Below, piece after piece: positions 21,017-30,961 of a DNA stretch of 64,000 bases. Each line of letters opens with the position of its first letter. Position 1 is the stretch's first letter. Made by a program: the position numbers and the translations under genes. Below the pieces are notes generated by a model. It did no database searches, was not told the origin of the DNA, and was given only the letters and a program-made list of their open reading frames with translations. The DNA is from an uncultured Planctomycetota bacterium (GTDB lineage: Bacteria; Planctomycetota; Planctomycetia; Gemmatales; Gemmataceae), in NCBI GenBank assembly GCA_963849325.1, contig CAWKHF010000002.1, positions 640,001 to 704,000 on the forward strand, given 5' to 3'.

Positions 21017-21275
21017 CGGTTGTTGTCTGCCGTGGTAATCGCACAGACCCTCGCATACCTGGCGAGGGTTTTTCATTGGTACATGACGGAGCGGACGGGA
21101 ACCGGCGACGTTCCTTGTACGCCGTCACGCTGGCGGCGTAAATCACTTTCTTCGCTCCGACCGTATGCCCGTCAAGTTCGCCAGCGTCAATCAGTTTGTA
21201 GACTCTGCGACGTGAACAGCCAAGTCGTTCAGCGGCTTGCAAAGTGGTCAGTAGTTCGTTCGTGGTGCCGTTCAT
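20985..21275 (-). CDS. Excisionase-like HTH protein
   Basis: LLTTLQAAERLGCSRRRVYKLIDAGELDGHTVG; convergent with and overlapping the integrase 3' end. Confidence 0.85.
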   Translation of the reverse strand: MNGTTNELLTTLQAAERLGCSRRRVYKLIDAGELDGHTVGAKKVIYAASVTAYKERRRFPSAPSCTNEKPSPGMRGSVRLPRQTTTVIAGLKHLRL

Positions 21276-21406
21276 GGTCCGGCACTTCTACGCCGTTTTG
21301 TTGACTGTCTCAAGTGAGGGTCATCCACTTTGTTTGGCAAAGCTATGGTCGGTCTGATTAGATAATCCACGGCGGCGACAATACAAACCATGAACAAAGG
21401 AACAGC

Positions 21407-21769
21407 GTGATAACAGCCGAAAAAGTGATTTCTGCATTCAAGACAAAGTACCCTGTCGTGAGGTATCAAGACTTCTATTTGGCGGGGAAAAACTACCTGA
21501 ACATACGGAGCAAGTCCGAGGCGAGCTACCATCGGAAGACAAAGCGGTATGAGTTCGGTATGCCCAGACGGGATTATGACAGGTATCTCCGTATGGTCAA
21601 AGAAGGGCGACAGGTGTACTCTCTGATAATCGAGAGCAAGTCCGACACCTTGTACATTGCCAAGCTCTCAGACTTGGCGGCGTATGCTCGGATGTACGAT
21701 GGTGACAAAGTGGACAAGGGCGGGAGCGTATTCCTGCCAAGAGACAGGTACAGGAAAGTGGAAGTCTGA
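21407..21769 (+). CDS. Basic hypothetical protein (possible degenerate nuclease fold)
   Basis: AAAGGAA RBS before GTG; 120 aa K/R/Y-rich ORF upstream of Rep. Confidence 0.6.
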   Translation: MITAEKVISAFKTKYPVVRYQDFYLAGKNYLNIRSKSEASYHRKTKRYEFGMPRRDYDRYLRMVKEGRQVYSLIIESKSDTLYIAKLSDLAAYARMYDGDKVDKGGSVFLPRDRYRKVEV

Positions 21770-21779
21770 AAAAGAAGAT

Positions 21780-21804
21780 GCCCGGTTGTGTTCAGCAACC
21801 GGGC
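21780..21804. other. Hairpin between orphan ORF and Rep
   Basis: gcccggttg-tgttcag-caaccgggc, 9 bp stem. Confidence 0.5.
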
Positions 21805-21835
21805 GGTGATTTGATTCACAGAAGCGGCGGCAACC

Positions 21836-22618
21836 ATGAACCACGAAACAGCAATCTATGGTAGTATCCCAAATCAGCTTTTTCAACAGCAACCGGAGTG
21901 CGGTCGCAAGTTTGGTTACCGGCAACCGCATGGATGGACTACGCTACTCGGCTATTGGCGGGAGTCATCCAAGCTATGCCAGTTGATCGACTTGAACAGC
22001 CAGTTGCGGAAGCGGGACTACACCTGGGCGGTATCTCTGAATATCGAGCATGTACTTGACGTGGCGGAAGTCAAGCGAGTCTGGAAACATATCTGCCGTG
22101 AATTGCGTCGGCGAGATGTAGTGGCTCTTTGGCTTCGTGAACCTTCACCTGAGAACCACGTCAACTACCATCTCCTAATCGCCAGCGATCAGATGAAACT
22201 TGAATTGGCGGATGCCATTGACGCTAGTATCCCCGAAGGTATCAAGCACCACAAGCAGATTGACGCCATTCACGATGAATGGAGCCATGCCAGATACATC
22301 GTCAAGGCGAAGGTCAAGGCATACGTTGACGGCAAGTTTCTTCTCGACAAGTACAAGGACAAGCGGCTGTTGTTCGTCAAGAAAAGCGGTCTGCAAAAGT
22401 ACGGCGTCATTGGTCCATTCTGGGTTCGTCCGGTAGGCGAGCTATGGCAGACCATCATCGCCAGAGAGAAGCGGATTGCTGACGGACTGGAATCGCCGGG
22501 GGTACGAGCGGAAGTGGAACACCTGTACGAGCTACTTGACGGCACGGTATCGAGACGACAGATAGAGCGGTCGCTGGGGTTCCACGGTGGCACCGTGGGG
22601 AAGGTCGCTACACTATAG
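21836..22618 (+). CDS. HUH-superfamily rolling-circle replication initiator-like protein
   Basis: Motif I-like WAVSLNI, WKHICRELRRR...LWLRE, motif II variant HVNYHLLI, motif III ARYIVK. Confidence 0.7.
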   Translation: MNHETAIYGSIPNQLFQQQPECGRKFGYRQPHGWTTLLGYWRESSKLCQLIDLNSQLRKRDYTWAVSLNIEHVLDVAEVKRVWKHICRELRRRDVVALWLREPSPENHVNYHLLIASDQMKLELADAIDASIPEGIKHHKQIDAIHDEWSHARYIVKAKVKAYVDGKFLLDKYKDKRLLFVKKSGLQKYGVIGPFWVRPVGELWQTIIAREKRIADGLESPGVRAEVEHLYELLDGTVSRRQIERSLGFHGGTVGKVATL

Positions 22619-22714
22619 GTGGTATGCAAAATTGGAACACAACCGAAGAGGTTGAGCAACCAGGAACAAGCGGGACAGCGGGAACCTCGCTACACCATAG
22701 GTAGTATGCCAAGA

Positions 22715-22972
22715 CAGCGGTGACAGGTACATCAAGATCAGCGGTGACAAGTACCACTTCATCAAGATCAGCGGTGACAGGTACATCAAGATCAGCGGTG
22801 ACAAGTACCACTTCATCAAGATCAGCGGTGACAGGTACATCAAGATCAGCGGTGACAGGTACATCAAGATCAGCGGTGACAGGTACATCAAGATCAGCGG
22901 TGACAGGTACATCAAGATCAGCGGTGACAGGTACATCAAGATCAGCGGTGACAGGTACATCAAGATCAGCGG
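22715..22972. repeat. Tandem array: 8 x 24-bp and 2 x 30-bp units
   Basis: A=cagcggtgacaggtacatcaagat, B=cagcggtgacaagtaccacttcatcaagat; order A B A B A A A A A A plus partial. Confidence 0.95.
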
Positions 22973-23699
22973 CTTCTTTGGGTTGTTTCGTTTCGTGGAC
23001 CGTGCCAGCCCGCTGTGTACGTTTTCGACAAATTGGAAGTGATTTCAGGCAAAGTACCCTGTATCTGACGTTATTAACGCCATAGGTCCGTGGTATCTCC
23101 CCATCATCTCCGATACTCCCTTGTCCCGATGATGCCATTCTGAACGCCTAGAATCGCTTCTGAGGCGGGTTGCGGTCCCCAAAGAGGGGATAGGGCTGTC
23201 TATCGAGCCGGAAAGCGACAGCGGAGCGACGGGGAGGGCGGCGAGTAGTACCTGGGTGACGGGGGGATAAGGGGAGCGAAAACATTGTCGCGCCGTTTCG
23301 CCTGACCGGCTTCAACTCCGTGTGCGCTATTAAGCAGCATTTTAATTGTTTCGGGGCGGAGAGATGTACCTGGCGGTCATGGTCCTGCCGGTCTCGGTCA
23401 AGGTGGTCGTGGTCGTGGTCAAGGCGGCGAGATGTACCTGGCGGTCATGGTCGGTCAGTGTTCGGGGGTCGATCCCGTTACGGGATTTCCCGCAACGGGC
23501 TGTATGGGTTCGTGGCGAGAATGCCCCCTCTGACGCCTCCCTGTCGCTTCCACGGTGACGGCGAGAACCGATCCGAGTATCGGGCTGTCTATCGAACCGG
23601 AAGCGGCGTAGGGGCGACGGGGAGGGCGGCGAGATGTACCTGGGAAACGGCGGCGAGCATCCGGTTGAAGGCGGCGGCGAGTAGTACCTGGCTATCGTG

Positions 23700-23880
23700 G
23701 TCGAGATCGTGGTCATGGTCGAGATGTCGAGATCGTGGTCATGGTCGAGATGTCGAGATCGTGGTCATGGTCGAGATGTCGAGATCGTGGTCATGGTCGA
23801 GATGTCGAGATCGTGGTCATGGTCGAGATGTCGAGATCGTGGTCATGGTCGAGATGTCGAGATCGTGGTCGAGATCGTGG
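23700..23880. repeat. Tandem array: 6 x 26-bp unit plus partial
   Basis: Unit gtcgagatcgtggtcatggtcgagat. Confidence 0.95.
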
Positions 23881-23922
23881 AACCACAGCGGTTAGTTAGT
23901 GGAAAAGAAGTTGCCCGAACCT

Positions 23923-23974
23923 TGACACGGAATTGACACAGAACCCCCCGAAATGACACGGAATTGCACGGAAA
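23923..23974 (+). repeat. Right arm-type integrase binding repeats (4 copies)
   Basis: tgacacggaat, tgacacagaac, tgacacggaat, tgcacggaaa. Confidence 0.8.
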
Positions 23975-24019
23975 ACGGGGCGAGACAGGCGAACAGTACC
24001 ATCCACAAAGACTGTATCT

Positions 24020-24106
24020 CTAGGACTTTACGGCGATGAAGACTTGTACACGGTTGACGACGAAGTAATTGCCGAGACCCGTCTTTTCTTGCGTGGCTTC
24101 GGTCAT
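24020..24106 (-). pseudogene. Stranded native 5' end of the radical SAM gene
   Basis: Reads [16 protein letters not shown] then runs into element DNA (VNRVQVFIAVKS*); matches [13 protein letters not shown] of the gene at 18478..19811. Confidence 0.88.
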
Positions 24107-24270
24107 CGATGCACCCTGGATCGAGGCGGGGAGGCAGGTTGGCGAGACGGCGGATACCTTCTTCTATCGTACATCGCGGGCCCGGCGAAGCAAGTCGCCG
24201 ATGCGCGGGACCAGCGGGAGACAGTCAACCCCTCTTCCCCCGATACGCCTCCGCTCCTTATTCTGACAGC

Positions 24271-25643
24271 ATGCAACGCCCTCATCTGCTGTTCGTGACG
24301 GGGAAGCTGGCCGAGCCTTCGCTGCGGCACATGCTGGACGAGCTGGCGCCGCGCCGGCTTTGACTTCAGCGTGGCCGTGCTGCCGATCACGGTCGTCGCC
24401 CTGGCCACAACCCCCTGGATTGCGCCGCCATTTGACGGTCCCTTCGGAGATCGATCGCGTCATTCTCCCCGGTCTCTGTCAGGGAGAACTGGGGCCGGTG
24501 CGCGCGTTCGGCGTTCCCGTGGAGCGCGGCCCTGGCGACCTGCGCGACCTGCCGGACTTCTTCCGCACCTCCAGAGAGCCGTGCAGCGATTACGGATCTT
24601 ACGACATCGCCATTCTCGCCGAGATCAATCACGCTCCCCGTCTGAACCGTCCGGACATCCTGCGCGAAGCCGTCGCTCTGCACGCCGACGGTGCCGACGT
24701 CATCGACATCGGCTGCGATCCGGGTTCGACGTGGGCGGGCGTCGCCGATACGGTTCGGGCGTTACGCGACGCGGGTCTGCGCGTCTCCATCGATAGTTTT
24801 GATCCGCGCGAGGTCGAGGCGGCGGTCGCCGCCGGGGCCGAACTGGTGCTGAGCGTCAACAGCAGCAATGTGTCCGCGGCTCGCTCGTGGGGCTGCGAGG
24901 TCGTCGTGCTGCCCGACGTGCTCGCCACGCTGGAAGGACTGGATGGCACCGTCGAGAAGCTACAATCCTGGGGGGTAAAGTTTCGGATCGATCCGGTGAT
25001 CGAGCCGATTGGCCTGGGCTTTGCTGCCTCGCTGGGACGCTATCTCGAAGTGCGGCGCCGTTACCCCGATGCCGAGATGCTGATGGGGGTTGGCAACCTC
25101 ACCGAGTTGACCGACGTGGATTCCGCCGGCATCAATGTGCTCCTGCTCGGCTTCTGCCAGGAAGTCGGCATTCGCAGCGTGCTGACGACGCAGGTCATCA
25201 ACTGGTGCCGCAGCTGCGTCCGCGAATTGGATCGGGCACGCCGGCTGGTGTACCATGCCTGTACGCGCCGCGTGCTGCCCAAGCACGTCGAGCCGGACCT
25301 ACTCTTGCTGCGCGATCCGAAGCTGCGCACGCATGGCGAAGCGATGCTCAGCGATTTGGCCTCCCGGATCGCGGATCGCAACTTCCGCCTGTTCGCCGAG
25401 CGCGGCCTGCTGCACGTCCTCAATAACCAGATGTTCCTGCAAGGCGGTGATCCGTTCGCGCTGTTCGAGCAGATGCAGCAGCGCGCGGACATCGATCCCG
25501 CGCACGCTTTCTATCTCGGCTACGAGATGGCCAAGGCGGTGACCGCGTTGACGCTGGGCAAGAACTACACGCAGGACCAGGCGCTGCGTTGGGGCTTTCT
25601 GACCGTGAAGGAGCGTTCCCGTCACGATGGCCCCCGTGATTGA
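24271..25643 (+). CDS. Dihydropteroate synthase-related protein (DUF6513 / H4MPT-pathway Orf20-like; frameshifted 5' end)
   Basis: MQRPHLLFVTGKLAEPSL, GADVIDIGC, VSIDSFD, GVGNLTELTDVDSAG, HAFYLGYEMAKA...NYTQDQAL. Confidence 0.78.
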
Positions 25644-25655
25644 AGGAGTTCGGTT

Positions 25656-26165
25656 GTGGAGTTTTCACCGCTGGAGTTGCCGTTGACCGATCCGCGCCAC
25701 CCCTTCCACCTTCATCACATGGAGATGGCCCTGGCCGAGGCGAGCCTGGCGGACGCCGAGGACGAGGTGCCGGTCGGCGCCGTCATCGTCTCCTGGCAAC
25801 ACGGCGTCATCGGCCGGGCACACAACCAGCGCGAACAACTCACCGACCCGACGGCCCACGCCGAAATGATCGCCATCACACAAGCGGCCAGTGCCCTGCG
25901 CTCCTGGCGGTTGGAGGACTGTGCCCTGTATGTCACCCTGGAGCCGTGTCCGATGTGCGCCGGCGCCATTGTCCAGGCCCGCTTGCCGCTGGTCGTGTAC
26001 GGCTGCACGGACCCCAAGGCCGGCGCCTGCCACACGCTGTATCAGATTCCCAGCGACGCACGTCTGAACCACCGAGCCCAGGTGATCGGCGGCGTCCTGG
26101 CCGACCGCTGCGCCGCCGTCCTCAGCGATTTCTTCGCCGCCAAGCGTCGCGCCGGTAAAAAATGA
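25656..26165 (+). CDS. tadA: tRNA adenosine(34) deaminase
   Basis: [46 protein letters not shown]. Confidence 0.92.
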   Translation: MEFSPLELPLTDPRHPFHLHHMEMALAEASLADAEDEVPVGAVIVSWQHGVIGRAHNQREQLTDPTAHAEMIAITQAASALRSWRLEDCALYVTLEPCPMCAGAIVQARLPLVVYGCTDPKAGACHTLYQIPSDARLNHRAQVIGGVLADRCAAVLSDFFAAKRRAGKK

Positions 26166-26329
26166 CGCGCCGGCGCGTTCGCTTCTCTCCTCCTCTCCTT
26201 CGCACCTTCCGTGGACTTTGCGCGGCGAACGTGTTTGAGGGACCGTCGAGTTGTGGTAAAGTAGACGGGAGCCGCTTCGGCTTCGCGTTCCGACGCCAAC
26301 GGCGATGACCTCTCGCCAGGATATCCGAC

Positions 26330-28037
26330 ATGAAACGATGGGCGTTCGGCCTGCTGGGAGCGATGGTCGTTACCGCCGGTTTGGTGGTGTTGGCCGTGGC
26401 GGCGCCGCCGGATCGCTCGCAGACGTACACGACGCCGTTCCCCCCGCCGCGCGAGGTGCTCGACCGCCTCAACCTGCAAATGGGCTGGCGAACCTATGTG
26501 CCGACCGATGGGCGGCGCGATGGCCTGGCCACGGTGCAGCTGCACAACAAGGATTTGTTCGTGCAGACGCGCAGCGGGTTAGTGGTGCTGCTCGACGCCG
26601 AGACCGGCGTCATCCGCTGGCGCAGCCGCGTCGGCGTCCCCTATCGCCTGGCCCATCCGCTCACCTACAACAGCCGTGAAGTCTACGTCGTCCACAGCAC
26701 TTACCTGTTCGCTCTCGACATGCGGACGGGGATGTCGCGCTGGCACTTTCGCCTACCCGAAGGCGTCTCGGCGCCGCCGGTCGCCGACGAGAATTTCATT
26801 TTCATCGCCGCGGCGAGCGGCCGGCTCAGCGCGTATGTCCTACCCCGACCGGAGGTGCTCCCCACGCTGGCCGAGGGTGAAATCCCCGCCTACGACGTGA
26901 CCCCGGTGAAGAAGGAGACCGACGAGGAGCGCCGCCGGCGCATGGTCGCCATCAAGGGAGAACAGCCGCGCAGTACCGCCAGCGTCAGTTACCTGACGCC
27001 GTCGGCGCGCGATGCTAGCATGGATGAGGTGACGGGACCGCAGCCGAAGCGCCTGTGGACGGAGGTCACCAGTCTGCGCCTGGAGTTGCCGATCGTGTAC
27101 ACGATCGAGCACCTGCTGCTGCCGTCGCCCGGCGGTATCGTGCTGGCGATGGCCAAGGTGCCCCAGGAGGGCAGCGCGACGGCGGCCGAGAAGTATCGCT
27201 TCAACACCAACTCGACGATCCGCGTCCCAGCCGGCCATTACGAGGACATGACCTACGTCGGCACGGACGACGCCAACCTGTACGCCCTGCAAGTCTCCAA
27301 TGGCCGCGTCGTCTGGCGCTACACGGCGGGAACAGCGGTCAGCCGTCCGCCGGCCGTCACCGCCGAGGACATCTACGTCGTCGCCGAGCGCAACGGTATG
27401 ACCCGCCTGGATCGCGTCAGCGGAGAACCGCGCATCGCGCATCCCGGTTCGCGGCCGGCTGGAGGAGAGCAACGCCGCCGCGGATCGTTTCCTGGCCGCC
27501 AACCCCAAGTTCGTGTACGCGGCCGACGCCAGCGGCCGACTGCTCATCCTCGACCGCCGGCGCGGTGTCCAGCTCAGCAGCTACGATGTCACCAACTTCG
27601 TTTTCCCCGTCAGCAATGAGGTGACGGATCGGCTTTACCTCGCCGCCAACAACGGCCTGATCGTCTGCCTGCACGACCGCGAATACCAGAAGCCGATCCG
27701 TCATCGCAAGGGCGAGGAGTACGCCGAGAACCCCTTACGCATTCGGCTCGACCAGATCATCGACGACCTGGGCAGTGCCAAGATGCCCCTGAGCGATCTG
27801 CTGGCGAACTGGTCGAAGCGCTATCCACCCTTGCAGTTCCGCATCGACGAAGACGCTTTCAAGGCGGCGGAGCGGGAATCGCCGGCGCGGGCGCCCGTCG
27901 TGGCGCCGCGGGCGGACAGGAAGAAGCTGGGCGAAATCCTCAAGGCGGTGCTCGATCAGGTCAAATGCGTCTACGAGGTTCTCGACGATACGGTGATGAT
28001 CCTTCCGGCCCCGGCGGCGCCGGCGCCGGCCCCATGA
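26330..28037 (+). CDS. Exported PQQ-like beta-propeller protein (frameshifted)
   Basis: Signal peptide; repeats LDAETGVIRW, LDMRTGMSRW, LYALQVSNGRVVW. Confidence 0.78.
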
Positions 28038-28101
28038 TCCCATCGCGGTCGGTCTCGGCGGACGCTACCCACGAGCGACCGATAAAGGCGGGGACGGTTC
28101 G

Positions 28102-29740
28102 GTGACATGCTGGCGTCTGACGATCGCGTTGCTCCTTCTCCTGGTCGTCGGCGTTCCCCTGGTTGCGCCGGTGGCACAACTTGTGGGCGATCCGTCCGCC
28201 TGGCACATTTGGGCCGAGTCCGACCGGCTGCTCTCGCTGGCGCGCAACACCTTCTTTCTCGTTGCTGGCACGCTGGCGCTGGCCATGCCGGCGGGCATTG
28301 CCGGCGCGGTCTTGTTGTACCGTACCGACCTTCCTCTGCGCCGTCTCGGGCGCGTGCTGACGCTGCTGACGTTATTCGTGCCGCTGCCGTTGTTCGCGTC
28401 GGGTTGGCAGGCGGTGCTTGGCTCCGGCGGCTGGCTGCCGCTGCCGGCGTGGTCCGGTTCCATGTCGGCCTGGACACCCTGGGGACAGGGCATCGGCTCG
28501 GCCGTCTGGATTCACGCGGTCGCGGCGCTGCCGTGGGTAGTCCTCCTCGTCGGCCAGGGGTTGTCCTGGGTTGAGCCGGAGCTGGAAGAGGACGCGCGGA
28601 TGTTGATGCCGGCGTGGCGGGTGCTGGTCCGCGTCACGCTGCCGCGCCGGCGCGGCCATCGCTGCCGCGGCGCTGTGGGTGACTCTGCAAGCGGCCACGG
28701 AAATTACCGTCACCGACGTGATGCAGGTCCGCACCTTCGCCGAGGAAGTGTACACGCAGCTCGTCGGCGGGCCGGATGCCGACGAGGGCGTCGCTCGCGC
28801 CGTTGCGGTGACACTGCCGTTCGTGCTGCTCGTCGCCGTCGCGGTCGGCGCCGCGGCGCACTTCTGGGAGCGCCGCTTGCCGGCGCGGGCGACACTGCGG
28901 ATGCCGCCCCTGTTGTTTCGGCTGGGCCGTTGGCGCCGGCCGCTCGCCGTTCTCGTCGCCGTGCTCGGCTGTTTGCTGCTGGGGATGCCGCTGGCCAGTC
29001 TCGTCTGGCGCGCCGGCCTGGTGGGAACTCCGCCGGTCTGGTCGGCGCCGACGACGATGCAGTATCTCCTCCGCGCCTGCCGGCCGCCGGAGGGATGGTT
29101 GCTAGTGGACAGCTTGCTGTTGGCCGCCGGCTCCGGCGTACTCGTTGCCGCCGCCGGGCTGCTGGCCTGCTGGGCAGCTCGCGGCGCGCGTTGGTTCCGT
29201 ATCGGCGTCCTCGTCCTGATGGCCGTGGCCTGGACGATGCCGGGACCACTCATCGGCCTGGGACTGAAAGCGACGATTGACGGACTGCTGGAAGTCAGCG
29301 CGTCGCGTTGGCTGGCGGCGGTCCTGTACCACGGCCCTTCGCCGCTGCCTCTGATGTGGGTCGATGCCGTCCGCTTTTTTCCCTGCGCCGTCGCGGTCCT
29401 GTGGCCAGTGGTGCGTCTGCTGCCCGCCGAGCTGGGCGACGCGGCCCGCGTGGACGGGGCGACGCCGCGACAGGAGTTACGGCATGTCGTGTGGCCGCTG
29501 ACCTCGGCCGTGTGCGGTCAGGCCGCCCTGGCGGTGGCCGTGCTGTCGCTGGGCGAACTGAGCGCGGGCAAGCTCGTCGCCACGCCGGGCATGCCCGGCT
29601 ACGCCACCGAGATCTTCACGCAGATGCACTACGGCGTTACCAACGAGCTGGCCGCCCGCTGCTTGCTACTGTTGACACTGGCGGCGGCCGGAGGGATCGG
29701 CGTAGCGCGGGTCGGCCGACGTTCGCCGCTTGCGACTTAG
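28102..29740 (+). CDS. ABC transporter permease with two TM modules (Fe3+/thiamine type; frameshifted)
   Basis: Two EAA-like loops: ELEEDARM...VLVRVTLP and ELGDAARVDGATPRQELRHVVWP. Confidence 0.8.
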
Positions 29741-30813
29741 TTCTCCTCCTCTAACGGCAACTCGACCGCGACGCCGGTGCGGGCACTGCGAGCGACGGCC
29801 TCGGTGAACTCCATGTAGGCCACGCCCGTCTCGAAGTTCGTCAGCTGCACCGGCGTTCCCAGACGGATCGAATCGATGAAATCCGACTCGACCTGCCAGA
29901 CGCGGGCCTTGTCCTTGGGGATGGCGATCTCCGGCAGCGCCTCGGCCGGCGTCGCCGCGGCGCCGCGCGTTCGGCTGGCGCCGTGGATGCGGTCGTGCGT
30001 CAGATCGTAGTACAGCGCGCCCTCGCTGCCGTAGAGATGAATGCCGGCCCCGTGGCCGAACGGCGTCACGCCGCTGAGGTGATAACTGGCGCGGGCGCCG
30101 TTCTCCAGCACGGCCAGCACCTGCACGCTGTCCGGCGTTCCCACGGCGCGGCGCACGCCGCTCTCCGGGTCGATGCGCGCCGCCGTGAAGGCGTGTGCCT
30201 GGGCCGATACGCGCAACGGCGGCGGCAGCCAGCGCAACAGCGTTTCGTGGACGATGCCGAGCGTCAGCATGTTCACCCCCGACAGGGCGCCATCCTGACG
30301 CCAGGACAGGGGGGCGGCGGGGTCGGCCAGCGCGCCCGTGCGGCTGAAAACGTGGACCTCGCGCAGCTCGCCCAGGAAATGGTCGCGGAGCAACTCGCGT
30401 ACGACCCTGTCGCCTTTGAGTCCGTAGGGGCTGGGCACGATCTGACAGACCAGCTTGGGGTGATGGCGAGCGGCCTTCCGCATCTCGTGGGCCTCGGCCG
30501 CGTTCATGCTCATGCGTGCCTCGGTCAACACGTGCTTGCCGGCGGCGAGGGCGGCCAGCGTGATGGGACCATGCAGGTACGGCCAGGTGCCGACGACCAC
30601 GGCATCGATGGCGGGATCGGCGATCAGCGCCTCCCAGCGGTCGTAGGTATGCGGGATGTTGAATTCCCTTGCCACGGCGACGGTCGAGGCAGGGCGGCGG
30701 TTGCAAACCGCCACGATTTCCACGTCCGGCAAGGCCTGCAAGCCAGGGATGTGACGGAGACGAGTGTTGGCGCCGGCGCCGATCAGGCCGACGCGCAGGG
30801 TGCGGTGCGCCAT
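29737..30813 (-). CDS. Gfo/Idh/MocA oxidoreductase
   Basis: RVGLIGAG, IDAVVVGTWPYLH, AGKHVLTEARM. Confidence 0.9.
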   Translation of the reverse strand: MAHRTLRVGLIGAGANTRLRHIPGLQALPDVEIVAVCNRRPASTVAVAREFNIPHTYDRWEALIADPAIDAVVVGTWPYLHGPITLAALAAGKHVLTEARMSMNAAEAHEMRKAARHHPKLVCQIVPSPYGLKGDRVVRELLRDHFLGELREVHVFSRTGALADPAAPLSWRQDGALSGVNMLTLGIVHETLLRWLPPPLRVSAQAHAFTAARIDPESGVRRAVGTPDSVQVLAVLENGARASYHLSGVTPFGHGAGIHLYGSEGALYYDLTHDRIHGASRTRGAAATPAEALPEIAIPKDKARVWQVESDFIDSIRLGTPVQLTNFETGVAYMEFTEAVARSARTGVAVELPLEEEN

Positions 30814-30871
30814 GATGTCCTCCTTCGAGAGTCCGCAACAAAGATAACAGATCCGTTTGCCGCGGACTACG

Positions 30872-30938
30872 GTTTAGCCGCGACGCGCAACGGAGCGCGG
30901 GCGTCCTGCCCGCGCTCCGCTGCGCGTCGCGGCTAAAC
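30872..30938. repeat. REP-like palindrome, family B
   Basis: gtttagccgcgacgcgca...tgcgcgtcgcggctaaac; near-identical to 44688-44754. Confidence 0.9.
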
Positions 30939-30961
30939 GAGAAGGAAGAGGTGGACCCATT

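Larger units (their letters stand above)
19758..24073. mobile_element. Integrative element (~4.3 kb): tyrosine integrase, Xis, HUH Rep-like protein, tandem arrays
   Basis: Flanked by 19/21-identical direct repeats gttggcgacgaagtagttgcc (19758-19778) and gttgacgacgaagtaattgcc (24053-24073); visibly lower GC; TGACACGGAAT repeats at both ends. Confidence 0.92.

Noticed and set aside
22715-23880. Possible CRISPR arrays
   Set aside because: Units are head-to-tail with no unique spacers, and there are no cas genes.
19758-24073. Prophage or inovirus
   Set aside because: No Zot-like ATPase, small hydrophobic coat genes, terminase or capsid are visible.
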